From: a virus
Taxonomy: Duplodnaviria > Caudoviricetes
Strand: one strand, 5' to 3'
Length of the DNA: 39,590 nt
Virus record (IMG/VR): IMGVR_UViG_3300034116_000385
Location: 1-39,590 of that record
Part shown: positions 1 to 8,312 of the stretch, piece after piece
Layout of the letters: each line of letters opens with the position of its first letter
How positions within the stretch are numbered: position 1 is the first letter of the stretch
Notes under the pieces: generated by a model
What the model was told of the DNA's origin: nothing
The model's input: the letters and a program-made list of their open reading frames with translations, nothing else
The model's database searches: none
Position numbers and translations under genes: made by a program

Positions 1-147
1 TTTAAGAACGCAGCTGATCCAATCTTCAGCGGTATTTATACCCGAATCTGGAGCACTGCACTTCAACTTGAGGAGATGACGTATGCGCGAGTCTACCCTG
101 TGGACTTTGATTCGAACCCGGATTCCAGGGCATCTAGTCCGGATTGA
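1..147 (+). CDS. 3' part of a hypothetical phage protein (partial; probably continues the ORF that starts at 39530)
   Basis: Frame 1 is open from base 1 (FKNAADPIFSGIYTRIWSTALQLEE...) to TGA at 145-147. Not in the ORF track. Confidence 0.55.
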   Translation, partial: FKNAADPIFSGIYTRIWSTALQLEEMTYARVYPVDFDSNPDSRASSPD

Positions 148-490
148 AAACTTAGCCGGCATCGGGCAGCCAGACGTCAATGGTTGCCACGATGGCAGCG
201 AAGCTTGGGTCGAATTAAAGCTTGTCAAGGGTAACTACATCTACTTCAGAACGAGTCAACTTGCTTTCTTTAAGAAGCGTTGCAAGGAGAACGGCAGAGT
301 ATTTGTACTAGCGCGAAAAGACGACGACATCCTAATTTTCCGAGCGAGTTCCGTCGTAGCTGTGGCAGAGTTGTTTGAGCCAGTGAAAGACGGCGCTTGC
401 CGGATCAAGTGGGTACTTATCCCAGAGTCGTTCCTGTTTACGAAGCCTTGGGATTGGCAAAAGATCGCGGATTTAATCTATAGATCTTAG
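83..490 (+). CDS. PD-(D/E)xK nuclease, VRR-NUC / Holliday-junction resolvase-like
   Basis: E near the N-terminus, GQPDV and WVELK motifs, followed by a 'SQLAF' helix; GAGGAG RBS upstream; located in the replication module. Confidence 0.75.
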   Translation: MRESTLWTLIRTRIPGHLVRIENLAGIGQPDVNGCHDGSEAWVELKLVKGNYIYFRTSQLAFFKKRCKENGRVFVLARKDDDILIFRASSVVAVAELFEPVKDGACRIKWVLIPESFLFTKPWDWQKIADLIYRS

Positions 491-506
491 GTTATTGCCA
501 ATATAG

Positions 507-515
507 TGATATGAT
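507..515 (+). promoter_or_regulatory. Putative extended -10 promoter (TGaTATGAT)
   Basis: TGnTATGAT in an AT-rich intergenic gap about 20 nt before the RBS AAAGGAG and ATG. Confidence 0.4.
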
Positions 516-537
516 CAATAAACAGAAAGGAGAAATG

Positions 538-858
538 ATGACGGTTTATGTGGTTCAGGAACCTCGCGGAATTAACCTGATGCCTGCTGAGAAATACGGC
601 GAACTGAAAGTGCTGCTGCCTCCTGGCAACGTGGCTTACAGTGCTGCGCCTACGGTTTCGAGGCTGAAGCGTGGGTTGGCCCGGTTCACTGATGAGGATT
701 ACTTACTGATGGTCGGCGATCCTGCTGCCATCGCAGTCGCGGGTGCTGTAGCTACGATGCTGAACAACGGACGCATGAAAGTGCTGAAGTGGGATCGGCA
801 AGAGATGCGGTACTACGTAGTTGAATTTGATCTAATGAGGAGAAGCGATGACTACTGA
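538..858 (+). CDS. Phage hypothetical protein (small alpha/beta fold, DYLLMVGDP motif)
   Basis: ORF 511-858; AAAGGAG at 526-532 favours a start at 535 or 538. Confidence 0.7.
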   Translation: MTVYVVQEPRGINLMPAEKYGELKVLLPPGNVAYSAAPTVSRLKRGLARFTDEDYLLMVGDPAAIAVAGAVATMLNNGRMKVLKWDRQEMRYYVVEFDLMRRSDDY

Positions 859-1375
859 TGTCACACCAGGCGACGACAGCCTGAAAGTCGTAGCTGAATT
901 AGCAGCTAAGCAAGTGCAGCTTGAGAAAGAGATAGAGGATTTAGAAGCGCAGTTGAAAGAGAAGACAGAAGCCTTGTCCCAAGTACAGGAAAAGGATTTA
1001 CCTGAAGCCATGACTGAGTGCGGCATCAGTGAGTTCAAGCTTGTCGATGGCAGCAAGATTACTGTCAAGCCTTTCTACCAAGCTAATCCTCCTAAAGAGA
1101 AGTACGACGAAGCGATGCAATGGTTGCGCGACAATGGTCATGGAGACTTGATCAAGAACGACGTGATCGTAAGCTTCGGCAAAGGTGAAGATGAAAATGC
1201 CTTGGACTTCAAGACCTTCTTGAAAGACAACGGTACTTCATACACCGACAAGACAGGCGTTCATGCTATGACGTTTAAAGCGTTTGTGCGTGAACAAGTG
1301 GAATCAGGTAGGAACTTGCCCTTCGACCTGTTAGGTATTTACATCGGGCAGAAAGCAACCATTAAGAAAGGATAA
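848..1375 (+). CDS. Phage replication-module protein with N-terminal coiled coil, function unknown
   Basis: 175-aa ORF with GAGGAG RBS, heptad-rich N-terminus and WLRDNGHGDLIK / VHAMTFKAFVRE motifs. Confidence 0.75.
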   Translation: MTTDVTPGDDSLKVVAELAAKQVQLEKEIEDLEAQLKEKTEALSQVQEKDLPEAMTECGISEFKLVDGSKITVKPFYQANPPKEKYDEAMQWLRDNGHGDLIKNDVIVSFGKGEDENALDFKTFLKDNGTSYTDKTGVHAMTFKAFVREQVESGRNLPFDLLGIYIGQKATIKKG

Positions 1376-1380
1376 CTCAA

Positions 1381-2130
1381 ATGGCCAAGAACGAAGTAGC
1401 CGAAAAGAAACAGGGTGGCGCCCTGGCAGTGATCGACTTTGCAGCAGATGCGGGCATGGGTATGGAGGGAATGACTAGCCAAGATATGGCTATTCCTTTC
1501 TTCAACATCTTGCAAAAGCTTTCTCCACAGCTAGATACTTTGCCTGACGCAAAAGCAGGCATGATCTTCAACACAGTAACTGAAGAGGTTTTCAAAGACA
1601 TCTTGGTTATTCCATGCGCGTACAAGCGTGAGTTTGTAGAGTGGCGCCCACGTGAACAGGGTGGTGGTCTTGTTGGCCAACACGCAATCACATCTGAAGT
1701 TGTGGCAAACGCTAAGAGTCTCAATGGTCGTTTAACCGCGGCCTCTGGCAACTTGCTCGTTGAAACAGCTTACCACTTCGTGTTGCGCATTGAGCTAGAT
1801 ACTGGGCTCATGGAACCTGGTTTGATTACCATGAGCAGCACGCAGCTGAAGAAGAATCGTCGTTGGAATAGCTTGATGAACAACCTGAAGGTTCAGGGTC
1901 CATCAGGTCCTGTTACTCCTGCACGCTTCAGTCACATGTACAAGCTTGGTTCTGTTGCAGAACAGAATGACAAAGGTGCTTGGTCAGGTTGGACTATCGA
2001 TATGGTAGGTCCTGTCTCTGAACCAGGCATGTACCAAGCAGCTCGTGACTTTGCGCAACAGGTGATGTCAGGTGCAGTGAAGACCGCAGCTCCTGAAGCA
2101 GAACACACAGGCGAACACAACGCGTTTTAA
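1381..2130 (+). CDS. Probable single-stranded DNA-binding / annealing protein
   Basis: 249 aa, beta-rich core with aromatic residues, acidic tail ending in Phe (EAEHTGEHNAF), sits just before the primase and is followed by a terminator. Confidence 0.55.
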   Translation: MAKNEVAEKKQGGALAVIDFAADAGMGMEGMTSQDMAIPFFNILQKLSPQLDTLPDAKAGMIFNTVTEEVFKDILVIPCAYKREFVEWRPREQGGGLVGQHAITSEVVANAKSLNGRLTAASGNLLVETAYHFVLRIELDTGLMEPGLITMSSTQLKKNRRWNSLMNNLKVQGPSGPVTPARFSHMYKLGSVAEQNDKGAWSGWTIDMVGPVSEPGMYQAARDFAQQVMSGAVKTAAPEAEHTGEHNAF

Positions 2131-2137
2131 CGAAAGG

Positions 2138-2168
2138 GCCCGGGGTTCGCAGCCCCGGGTTTTAATTT
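2138..2168 (+). terminator. Rho-independent terminator
   Basis: GCCCGGGGT-tcgca-GCCCCGGGT stem-loop followed by TTTAATTT. Confidence 0.75.
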
Positions 2169-3656
2169 ATGCTCATAGAAAATTTCATGGAAATTTTCGA
2201 GGGGCTGTCGCGAGCTCATGGTACTTACGCAATTAAGGGTAGTCGTCAGGACAATAAACTAACTGGCAAAGCTACTACTGTTCGTGAACCAGTCACCAAG
2301 GAGCTATGGCAACAGCATCTCGAAGGTAAGACAGGACTTGGCGTTATTCCAATTAACGACGACTCACTGTGCAAGTTCGGTGCTATTGACATTGATACCT
2401 ATGATGGCAGCATTGACTTGCCTAAGATCAATGCAGCAATAGAAGAACTCAAAGTCCCACTGTTCCCCTGCGCCAGTAAGTCAGGCGGCATTCACTTGTA
2501 CCTGTTCACCAATGAGTGGGTAGAAGCCGGACTCATTCAACAAAAGTTAAAAGACCTTGCAGCTTACATGGGTTACGGTGGCTGCGAAATTTTTCCGAAG
2601 CAAACCAAAATCCTCGCGGATCGTGGGGACATCGGTCAATGGATCAACATGCCTTATTTTGGCGACACGCGTTGGTGCCAAGGCATGAAGCCAGAAGCCT
2701 TCATTGAGAAGGTGATGGCTAATCGTTTCACTGCTAAGCAACTAGAAGACTTGGTTATCAAGGTCAAGACAGACTTTGAAGATGGTCCGCCTTGCTTGCA
2801 GCATCTTGCAACCAAAGGCTTTCCACAAGGGACACGCAACAATGGCTTATTCAACATCGCTGTTTACTGTCGTAAGAAGAATCCAGACAACTGGGAAGGA
2901 GATCTGGAAGGCTTTAACGTACAGCTTATGGAACCACCCTTGTCATCTTCCGAAGTACAAGGGGTCATTAAATCTGCGAAAAGAAAAGACTATCAATACA
3001 CTTGTAGTAAGCCTCCTATTGCTCCTTACTGTAATTCTGGTGTGTGCAAGCTTCGTAAGCATGGTATTGGGGCTAGCAGCGATATGCCTGCTGTTCACAG
3101 CCTCACAAAGTTTAACACTAACCCTCCCATTTGGTTCTTGGATATTGACGGTGGTGGTCGGCTGGAACTAGAGACCGATGACTTGCACAATCAACGTCGC
3201 TTCCAGCGTAAGTGTATGGAGCGATTGAACGTGCTGCCTGCCAAGATGAATGATATTGCTTGGACCAAGCTGATCAATCACTTGCTTGAGAACCTAACAG
3301 TCATTGAAGCACCGCCTGATGCTTCACCAGTAGGTCAGTTGTTCGAGTACATCGAACGTTTCTGTACTGGTCGTGTGCAAGCTAAGACTAAGGAAGAGAT
3401 CTTGCTTGGTAAGCCGTGGTCTGAGGCTAACAAGCATTATTTCAGGATGGCAGACTTGATGGCGTTCCTAGATCGTCACCACTTCAGAGATTACAAGGTG
3501 CACCAGGTAACTTCGATCTTACGCGAGAACGGTGCTGAGCACCACTTCTTCAACATCAAAGGTAAGGGCATTAACCTCTGGGCAGTCGAAGCTTTTGAGA
3601 AGCATCATGGTGACTTTGATACTCCTGACTTAGGCGACAACGGAGAAATCTTTTGA
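2169..3656 (+). CDS. Archaeo-eukaryotic primase (AEP/Prim-Pol) family protein with PriCT-like domain
   Basis: GAIDIDTYD (DxD motif I), SKSGGIHLYLF (motif II His), EIFPKQ, INMPYF; then PPCL...GTRNNGLFNIA (PriCT-like) and further Cys residues. Confidence 0.8.
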   Translation: MLIENFMEIFEGLSRAHGTYAIKGSRQDNKLTGKATTVREPVTKELWQQHLEGKTGLGVIPINDDSLCKFGAIDIDTYDGSIDLPKINAAIEELKVPLFPCASKSGGIHLYLFTNEWVEAGLIQQKLKDLAAYMGYGGCEIFPKQTKILADRGDIGQWINMPYFGDTRWCQGMKPEAFIEKVMANRFTAKQLEDLVIKVKTDFEDGPPCLQHLATKGFPQGTRNNGLFNIAVYCRKKNPDNWEGDLEGFNVQLMEPPLSSSEVQGVIKSAKRKDYQYTCSKPPIAPYCNSGVCKLRKHGIGASSDMPAVHSLTKFNTNPPIWFLDIDGGGRLELETDDLHNQRRFQRKCMERLNVLPAKMNDIAWTKLINHLLENLTVIEAPPDASPVGQLFEYIERFCTGRVQAKTKEEILLGKPWSEANKHYFRMADLMAFLDRHHFRDYKVHQVTSILRENGAEHHFFNIKGKGINLWAVEAFEKHHGDFDTPDLGDNGEIF

Positions 3657-5113
3657 CGTGGACAATCATCTTTGGTCCGCCAGGGACAGGCAAGACTACT
3701 GCAGGAATGCGGTTCATTGAAGAGCGACTGGAAAAGGGGATGAAGCCAGAGCGTATTGGGTACGTCGCATTTACCAAGAAGGCGGCCAATGAAGCACGCA
3801 GCCGTGCCGCTGAGCGGTTTGGTTTCACCAAGGACAACATGCCGTACTTCAGGACCATCCATAGTTTAGCCTTCATGCAGTTAGGAATGAAGCCAAGTTC
3901 CATGCTGCAGCGTGCAAACTACAAGGAGCTGGGCGAGAAACTCGGCATCGAAGTCAGTGGATACTCTAACACAGAGGACGGACTACTGCAGGGAATGCCG
4001 TTAGGCGACCGGTACTTCTTCCTTGATAACCTAGCCAGGATTACAAGGCAGCCATTGAGAAAGATCTACGAGGATTCTGGCGACGACGAGATTGACTGGC
4101 ATGAACTAGACCGGGTTTCAAGGACCTTGATCCAGTACAAGAAGGTGCACGGGCTAATGGACTTCACAGACTTGCTTGAGGTCTGGATTGACAGAGGTCC
4201 TGTCCCAAAGCTAGATGCGATCTTCGTCGACGAGGCGCAAGATCTGTCGATGCTGCAGTGGGATTTTGTAGATAAACTAACTAGAAATGTGGAGGACAAA
4301 TATGTCGCAGGTGACGACGATCAAGCTATCTATCGATGGGCCGGAGCAGCTGTTGAAAAAATTATACATCTCCCAGGCAAGCGTATTATCCTGGATCAAT
4401 CATATCGAGTCCCAAGAGCAGTACATAAACTGGCAAGTTCTGTCATCTCAGTCGTCCAGAACCGTGTGCCCAAACGATTCAGGCCGGCTGAATCTGACGG
4501 TGGAGTTCACTGGCATCACAACCCAGAGGAAGTCGACCTAAGCAAGGGGTCGTGGTTGCTGCTTGCCAGGAATAGCTACCTGACTTCGCAACTAGAAGAC
4601 CTATGCTTGACAGCCGGTTACCCGTTCCAGTCGCTGAAGAAGAACCCACTCGATTCAGACAGCTTGAAAGCAATAATCGCGTGGACCAGACTTTGTCGCG
4701 GTGAACGGATAGATGGCGACGCGTTAAGATTAGTCTATCGGTTCATGGGCATTAGAAAGAGAACCGATAAAGAAAGGATATACGAACTAAAAGACACGGG
4801 TCTTGAACCAGGGATCTGGCACGAGAAGCTAGTCTATATACCAGCAGCCGAACGAGAGTTCTACATCTCTGCTCGTAGACAAGGCGAAACTCTAACCGGA
4901 GAACCACGGATCAAGATCAACACCATTCACGCCGTCAAAGGTGGTGAAGCAGACAACGTGTTGATGCTGACAGACATGGCATCTAGGTCGTACAAGTACA
5001 TGCAGCAGTACCCGGACGATGAAGCTCGGGTGTTTTACGTGGGAATGACTAGGGCGAAGCAGAACTTGCATCTGATCCAGCCGCAGACTAGACTTTTTTA
5101 CGAGATCGGATGA
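3653..5113 (+). CDS. UvrD/Rep-like superfamily 1 helicase
   Basis: GPPGTGKT, VDEAQD, AGDDDQAIY, QSYR, TIHAVKGGEAD, YVGMTRAK. TTG start overlaps the primase stop, with a GGAGA RBS. Confidence 0.92.
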   Translation: MTWTIIFGPPGTGKTTAGMRFIEERLEKGMKPERIGYVAFTKKAANEARSRAAERFGFTKDNMPYFRTIHSLAFMQLGMKPSSMLQRANYKELGEKLGIEVSGYSNTEDGLLQGMPLGDRYFFLDNLARITRQPLRKIYEDSGDDEIDWHELDRVSRTLIQYKKVHGLMDFTDLLEVWIDRGPVPKLDAIFVDEAQDLSMLQWDFVDKLTRNVEDKYVAGDDDQAIYRWAGAAVEKIIHLPGKRIILDQSYRVPRAVHKLASSVISVVQNRVPKRFRPAESDGGVHWHHNPEEVDLSKGSWLLLARNSYLTSQLEDLCLTAGYPFQSLKKNPLDSDSLKAIIAWTRLCRGERIDGDALRLVYRFMGIRKRTDKERIYELKDTGLEPGIWHEKLVYIPAAEREFYISARRQGETLTGEPRIKINTIHAVKGGEADNVLMLTDMASRSYKYMQQYPDDEARVFYVGMTRAKQNLHLIQPQTRLFYEIG

Positions 5114-5143
5114 CTAGGATTATCCTAGAGAACGGGAAAAAAT

Positions 5144-6592
5144 ATGGAGAGTAGTAACGTATACCCCTTTAAGACAAAGCCATACGCTCATCAGGCCAAA
5201 GCCTGGGACATGTCGAAGGAAAAAGACGAGTTTGCCTTGTTCATGGAGATGGGAACTGGCAAGACAAAGGTAGCGATTGACACCATTTCGTACCTTTATG
5301 ACTCAGGTCGGATTAACTCCGTGCTGATTGTAGCTCCCAAGGGTGTCTACATGAACTGGGTAACCAAGGAGATACCAACGCATTTGCCTGATCACATCCA
5401 GTATCGGATGGCAAGCTGGCACGCCAGTCCAAGGAAGGCAGAGCAAGAAGCCTTAGACAACGTGATGAAGCCGACAGACGATCTTCGGATTTTGATCATG
5501 AACGTCGAAGCATTCTCCACGGACCGTGGTACCAAGTTCGCTAGGCTATTCATGGACGTGGGTGGACGAGTGGCTATGGTAGTCGACGAGTCAACGACGA
5601 TCAAGAACCCTGGAGCGCAGCGCACGAAGAACGTGATCAAGATCGGAACGTTGGCCAAGTACCGTAGGATCTTGACAGGCGAACCGGTGACCCGCAGTCC
5701 CCTCGATATTTATAGCCAGGCGCAATTCTTGAATCCGCACCTGCTAGGCTTCAGTAGCTACTACACGTTCCGCAACCGGTACGCGATCTTAGTCGACATC
5801 AAGGCCGGCAACCGTAGCTTCAAGAAGATCGTCGGCTTTAGGCAGCTAGATGAATTGACCAAGCTGTTGCAGCGGTTCTCGTACAGGGTTAAGAAGGCCG
5901 ACTGTCTTGACTTGCCACCGAAGGTCTACCAGTACCGCCACGTTGAGTTGACGCCAGAGCAGAAGAAACTCTACAAGCAGCTGTCTGATACGGCCATTGC
6001 GACTTTGCAAGGCAAGGCCTTGACAGTAGACAACGTGCTGACAGAGATTCTGCGGCTGCACCAGATTACTTGCGGCCACTTCAAGTCTGACGAGGGCGAG
6101 ATCGTCGACGTGCCGAACAATCGTTTGTCTGAGCTGATGGACGTACTTGACGAGGCAGACGACAAGGTTATCATCTGGGCGAACTACGTAGCCGACATCC
6201 GAAAGATCGAGGAATCCTTAGCCAAGGTCTACGGACCAGAGTCCGTGGTTAGCTACTATGGGGATACTAGTACTGATGCTAGGTCTGACGCAGTTAAGCG
6301 CTTTCAAGAGGATCCTGCAGTAAGATTCTTTGTAGGCAACCCGGCCACGGGAGGCTACGGTATTACCTTGACTGCGGCCACGATGGTTGTGTACTTCTCG
6401 AACAGCTATAACCTAGAGCACCGCTTGCAATCAGAGGACCGTGCTCACCGGATCGGTCAGACCAAGTCAGTGAACTACGTCGACCTCTGTGTTCAAGGCA
6501 CCATTGACGAGAAGATCATCAAGGCTCTGCGCGAGAAGAAGAACATTGCAGCACAGGTGCTTGGTGAGGATATTACTTCTTGGCTTTCATAG
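5144..6592 (+). CDS. SNF2-like superfamily 2 helicase/ATPase
   Basis: MEMGTGKT, VVDES, LTGEP, GYGITLT and QSEDRAHRIGQ motifs. Confidence 0.92.
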   Translation: MESSNVYPFKTKPYAHQAKAWDMSKEKDEFALFMEMGTGKTKVAIDTISYLYDSGRINSVLIVAPKGVYMNWVTKEIPTHLPDHIQYRMASWHASPRKAEQEALDNVMKPTDDLRILIMNVEAFSTDRGTKFARLFMDVGGRVAMVVDESTTIKNPGAQRTKNVIKIGTLAKYRRILTGEPVTRSPLDIYSQAQFLNPHLLGFSSYYTFRNRYAILVDIKAGNRSFKKIVGFRQLDELTKLLQRFSYRVKKADCLDLPPKVYQYRHVELTPEQKKLYKQLSDTAIATLQGKALTVDNVLTEILRLHQITCGHFKSDEGEIVDVPNNRLSELMDVLDEADDKVIIWANYVADIRKIEESLAKVYGPESVVSYYGDTSTDARSDAVKRFQEDPAVRFFVGNPATGGYGITLTAATMVVYFSNSYNLEHRLQSEDRAHRIGQTKSVNYVDLCVQGTIDEKIIKALREKKNIAAQVLGEDITSWLS

Positions 6593-6884
6593 GCTTTGAC
6601 AGCATGGTAGATCCTGCACTGGCTCCGCCAGCATTTGATCGTTCCTTGGCCGCCTTGACGGCGTTGTCAATCGAGTCAAAAGACTTGTAGGTTTTTCCAG
6701 ACTTGAGGACATTGTTTACAGCCGTGTCCTCGTCAACTTCCTTACCTCCCCACAGAGACGGAATGTTTGTCGGTTTTCCTTCATTCAGTCTTGGATCGGT
6801 AACCGTAATGCTTACCTCTGTTGAGTGGCTGCCGTCAGGGTTTTTCCTAGCAGGCAGTCCGTCGTGGGTTAGTAAGGTAGGCAT
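6573..6884 (-). CDS. Hypothetical protein, last gene of the late operon
   Basis: 103-aa ORF whose ATG overlaps the endolysin stop (TAATG); its end overlaps the SNF2 gene end by 20 nt. Confidence 0.65.
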   Translation of the reverse strand: MPTLLTHDGLPARKNPDGSHSTEVSITVTDPRLNEGKPTNIPSLWGGKEVDEDTAVNNVLKSGKTYKSFDSIDNAVKAAKERSNAGGASAGSTMLSKPMKAKK

Positions 6885-7333
6885 TATGCAATCTCAAAGT
6901 GTGGACCATCGATGAATGGTCTCTTGTTCTGTTTGCGACGAGTGTCGATGTAGTAGTTCATGGCTTCTTCCATCGTGCCTCGCCAGAGGCGAATGTCCGG
7001 GATATTCCAAGCTGCTCCCCAGCGCAAAGGTACATTGACCTCAATGGCTGCTTGCTTCATGGCGTCGGCTACGTTGTCGTACAGGTTTAGTTCCCATGAA
7101 CCACGACCATCAATGTAGGCCATGAGATCTACTGCTTGCCCCTTGATGTGCTTGCCATCCATGGTCTGAGAAGCACCTGCCTCAAACAAGCGCTTCTGTT
7201 CTTCCACGGTCCTCAGTCCACAAATGACGCCAAAGTCTACGGTCGTGTAATCAATGGCGAGCTTGACCACCTTAACTAGGCGCGGGTCTACGCCTTGCAG
7301 GTTCTTGAGACTGCGCTCAGACAGGGTGAACAT
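6884..7333 (-). CDS. Endolysin, M15 family Zn peptidase (L-Ala-D-Glu peptidase-like)
   Basis: GLRTVEEQ, KH-x6-D (KHIKGQAVDL), RWG and DGPHFE motifs. Confidence 0.9.
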   Translation of the reverse strand: MFTLSERSLKNLQGVDPRLVKVVKLAIDYTTVDFGVICGLRTVEEQKRLFEAGASQTMDGKHIKGQAVDLMAYIDGRGSWELNLYDNVADAMKQAAIEVNVPLRWGAAWNIPDIRLWRGTMEEAMNYYIDTRRKQNKRPFIDGPHFEIA

Positions 7334-7722
7334 TACTTCTTCAGGACTTGAGCGATACCAGGCAGAACTTTCTCTGCGCTGCGACCAATGACGTAACCGC
7401 CAATGCCCAGTTCTACGATGTCCCAGAGCTTTATGTACTCGGCTTCGGTAAGGTTAGGTGCTGCCCAACCAAACCAGCGGGCCACGATCAAGGCTCCAAA
7501 GGTCAACATCAAGATCGGTCGCCAGTTAGCTGCTAGCCAGTGTTCGCTTGCTGCTTCAGCTTTGACGATGTCGCCACGAACAGTAAGCTCGGTCAACTGA
7601 CCTTTCTGAGCCATGTCCATAAGAGCTAGTTTTGCTTGGTCCTTCTTTTCCTGGTCAGGCCACAGGCGATCAATGAGTTGACCACCTATGTTTAAGACCG
7701 CGGTTACTGGATCAGCTGCCAT
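7333..7722 (-). CDS. Holin (3TM / GTA-holin-like family)
   Basis: NWRP motif, hydrophobic segments, GYVIGRSAEK C-terminus; adjacent to the endolysin. Confidence 0.8.
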   Translation of the reverse strand: MAADPVTAVLNIGGQLIDRLWPDQEKKDQAKLALMDMAQKGQLTELTVRGDIVKAEAASEHWLAANWRPILMLTFGALIVARWFGWAAPNLTEAEYIKLWDIVELGIGGYVIGRSAEKVLPGIAQVLKK

Positions 7723-7725
7723 GAT

Positions 7726-7935
7726 TTACCCCATTTTTTGAAGCAGCAGTAGGAGAGTGAACATCGCGCCAAAGGCTCCGACAATCAAAGTTCCTGCTGC
7801 TGTGACTAGAATTCCTTCTATTCGTTTCAGTCGTGCATTTGTCGAAACAAATTGAACTTCGATTTTCTCGTAGCGCTCAGCACAGACCTGCTCGTGAGTG
7901 GACAGTTGCGCCTGGACTTCACCTACTGTAGCCAT
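7726..7935 (-). CDS. Small coiled-coil membrane protein of the lysis module
   Basis: GGAG RBS before the ATG at 7935; HEQVCAERY motif, coiled coil and one C-terminal TM helix. Confidence 0.7.
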   Translation of the reverse strand: MATVGEVQAQLSTHEQVCAERYEKIEVQFVSTNARLKRIEGILVTAAGTLIVGAFGAMFTLLLLLQKMG

Positions 7936-7936
7936 A

Positions 7937-8302
7937 TTACTCTCCGAACAAAGCGTCAATCTCGTGCTGCTTAACAGCGACCATAGCTGCAATGTCATCA
8001 AGGACTGCAGCGTCACGCAGACGATTGGCTTGCAACTCGTCGTCGATTGAGTACTTAGCGCGAATCGTTTTAGGGATCTGGGCGCGAATCATCTGTGCAC
8101 GTGGACTGTTAGCTTTGCACCAAGTGATGTCTGCCGCAGAACCTTCAACCCAGTTCTCTGTCTGGGCATCGTTGAACACGGCCAAGCAAGCGTCGTCCAT
8201 AGACGCGTAGGTCACGTCGTCTTTGCTGCCATGCCAGATTGGTGCGTTACCAAACCCAGCTTGAGGATGAACAAAGTCACCCGTGAATTTATAAAGTTTC
8301 AT
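7937..8302 (-). CDS. Hypothetical protein, possible tail-fibre assembly chaperone
   Basis: 121-aa ORF with AGGAG RBS directly downstream of the receptor-binding gene; IRAKYSIDDE motif. Confidence 0.55.
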   Translation of the reverse strand: MKLYKFTGDFVHPQAGFGNAPIWHGSKDDVTYASMDDACLAVFNDAQTENWVEGSAADITWCKANSPRAQMIRAQIPKTIRAKYSIDDELQANRLRDAAVLDDIAAMVAVKQHEIDALFGE

Positions 8303-8312
8303 CTTCTTCTCC

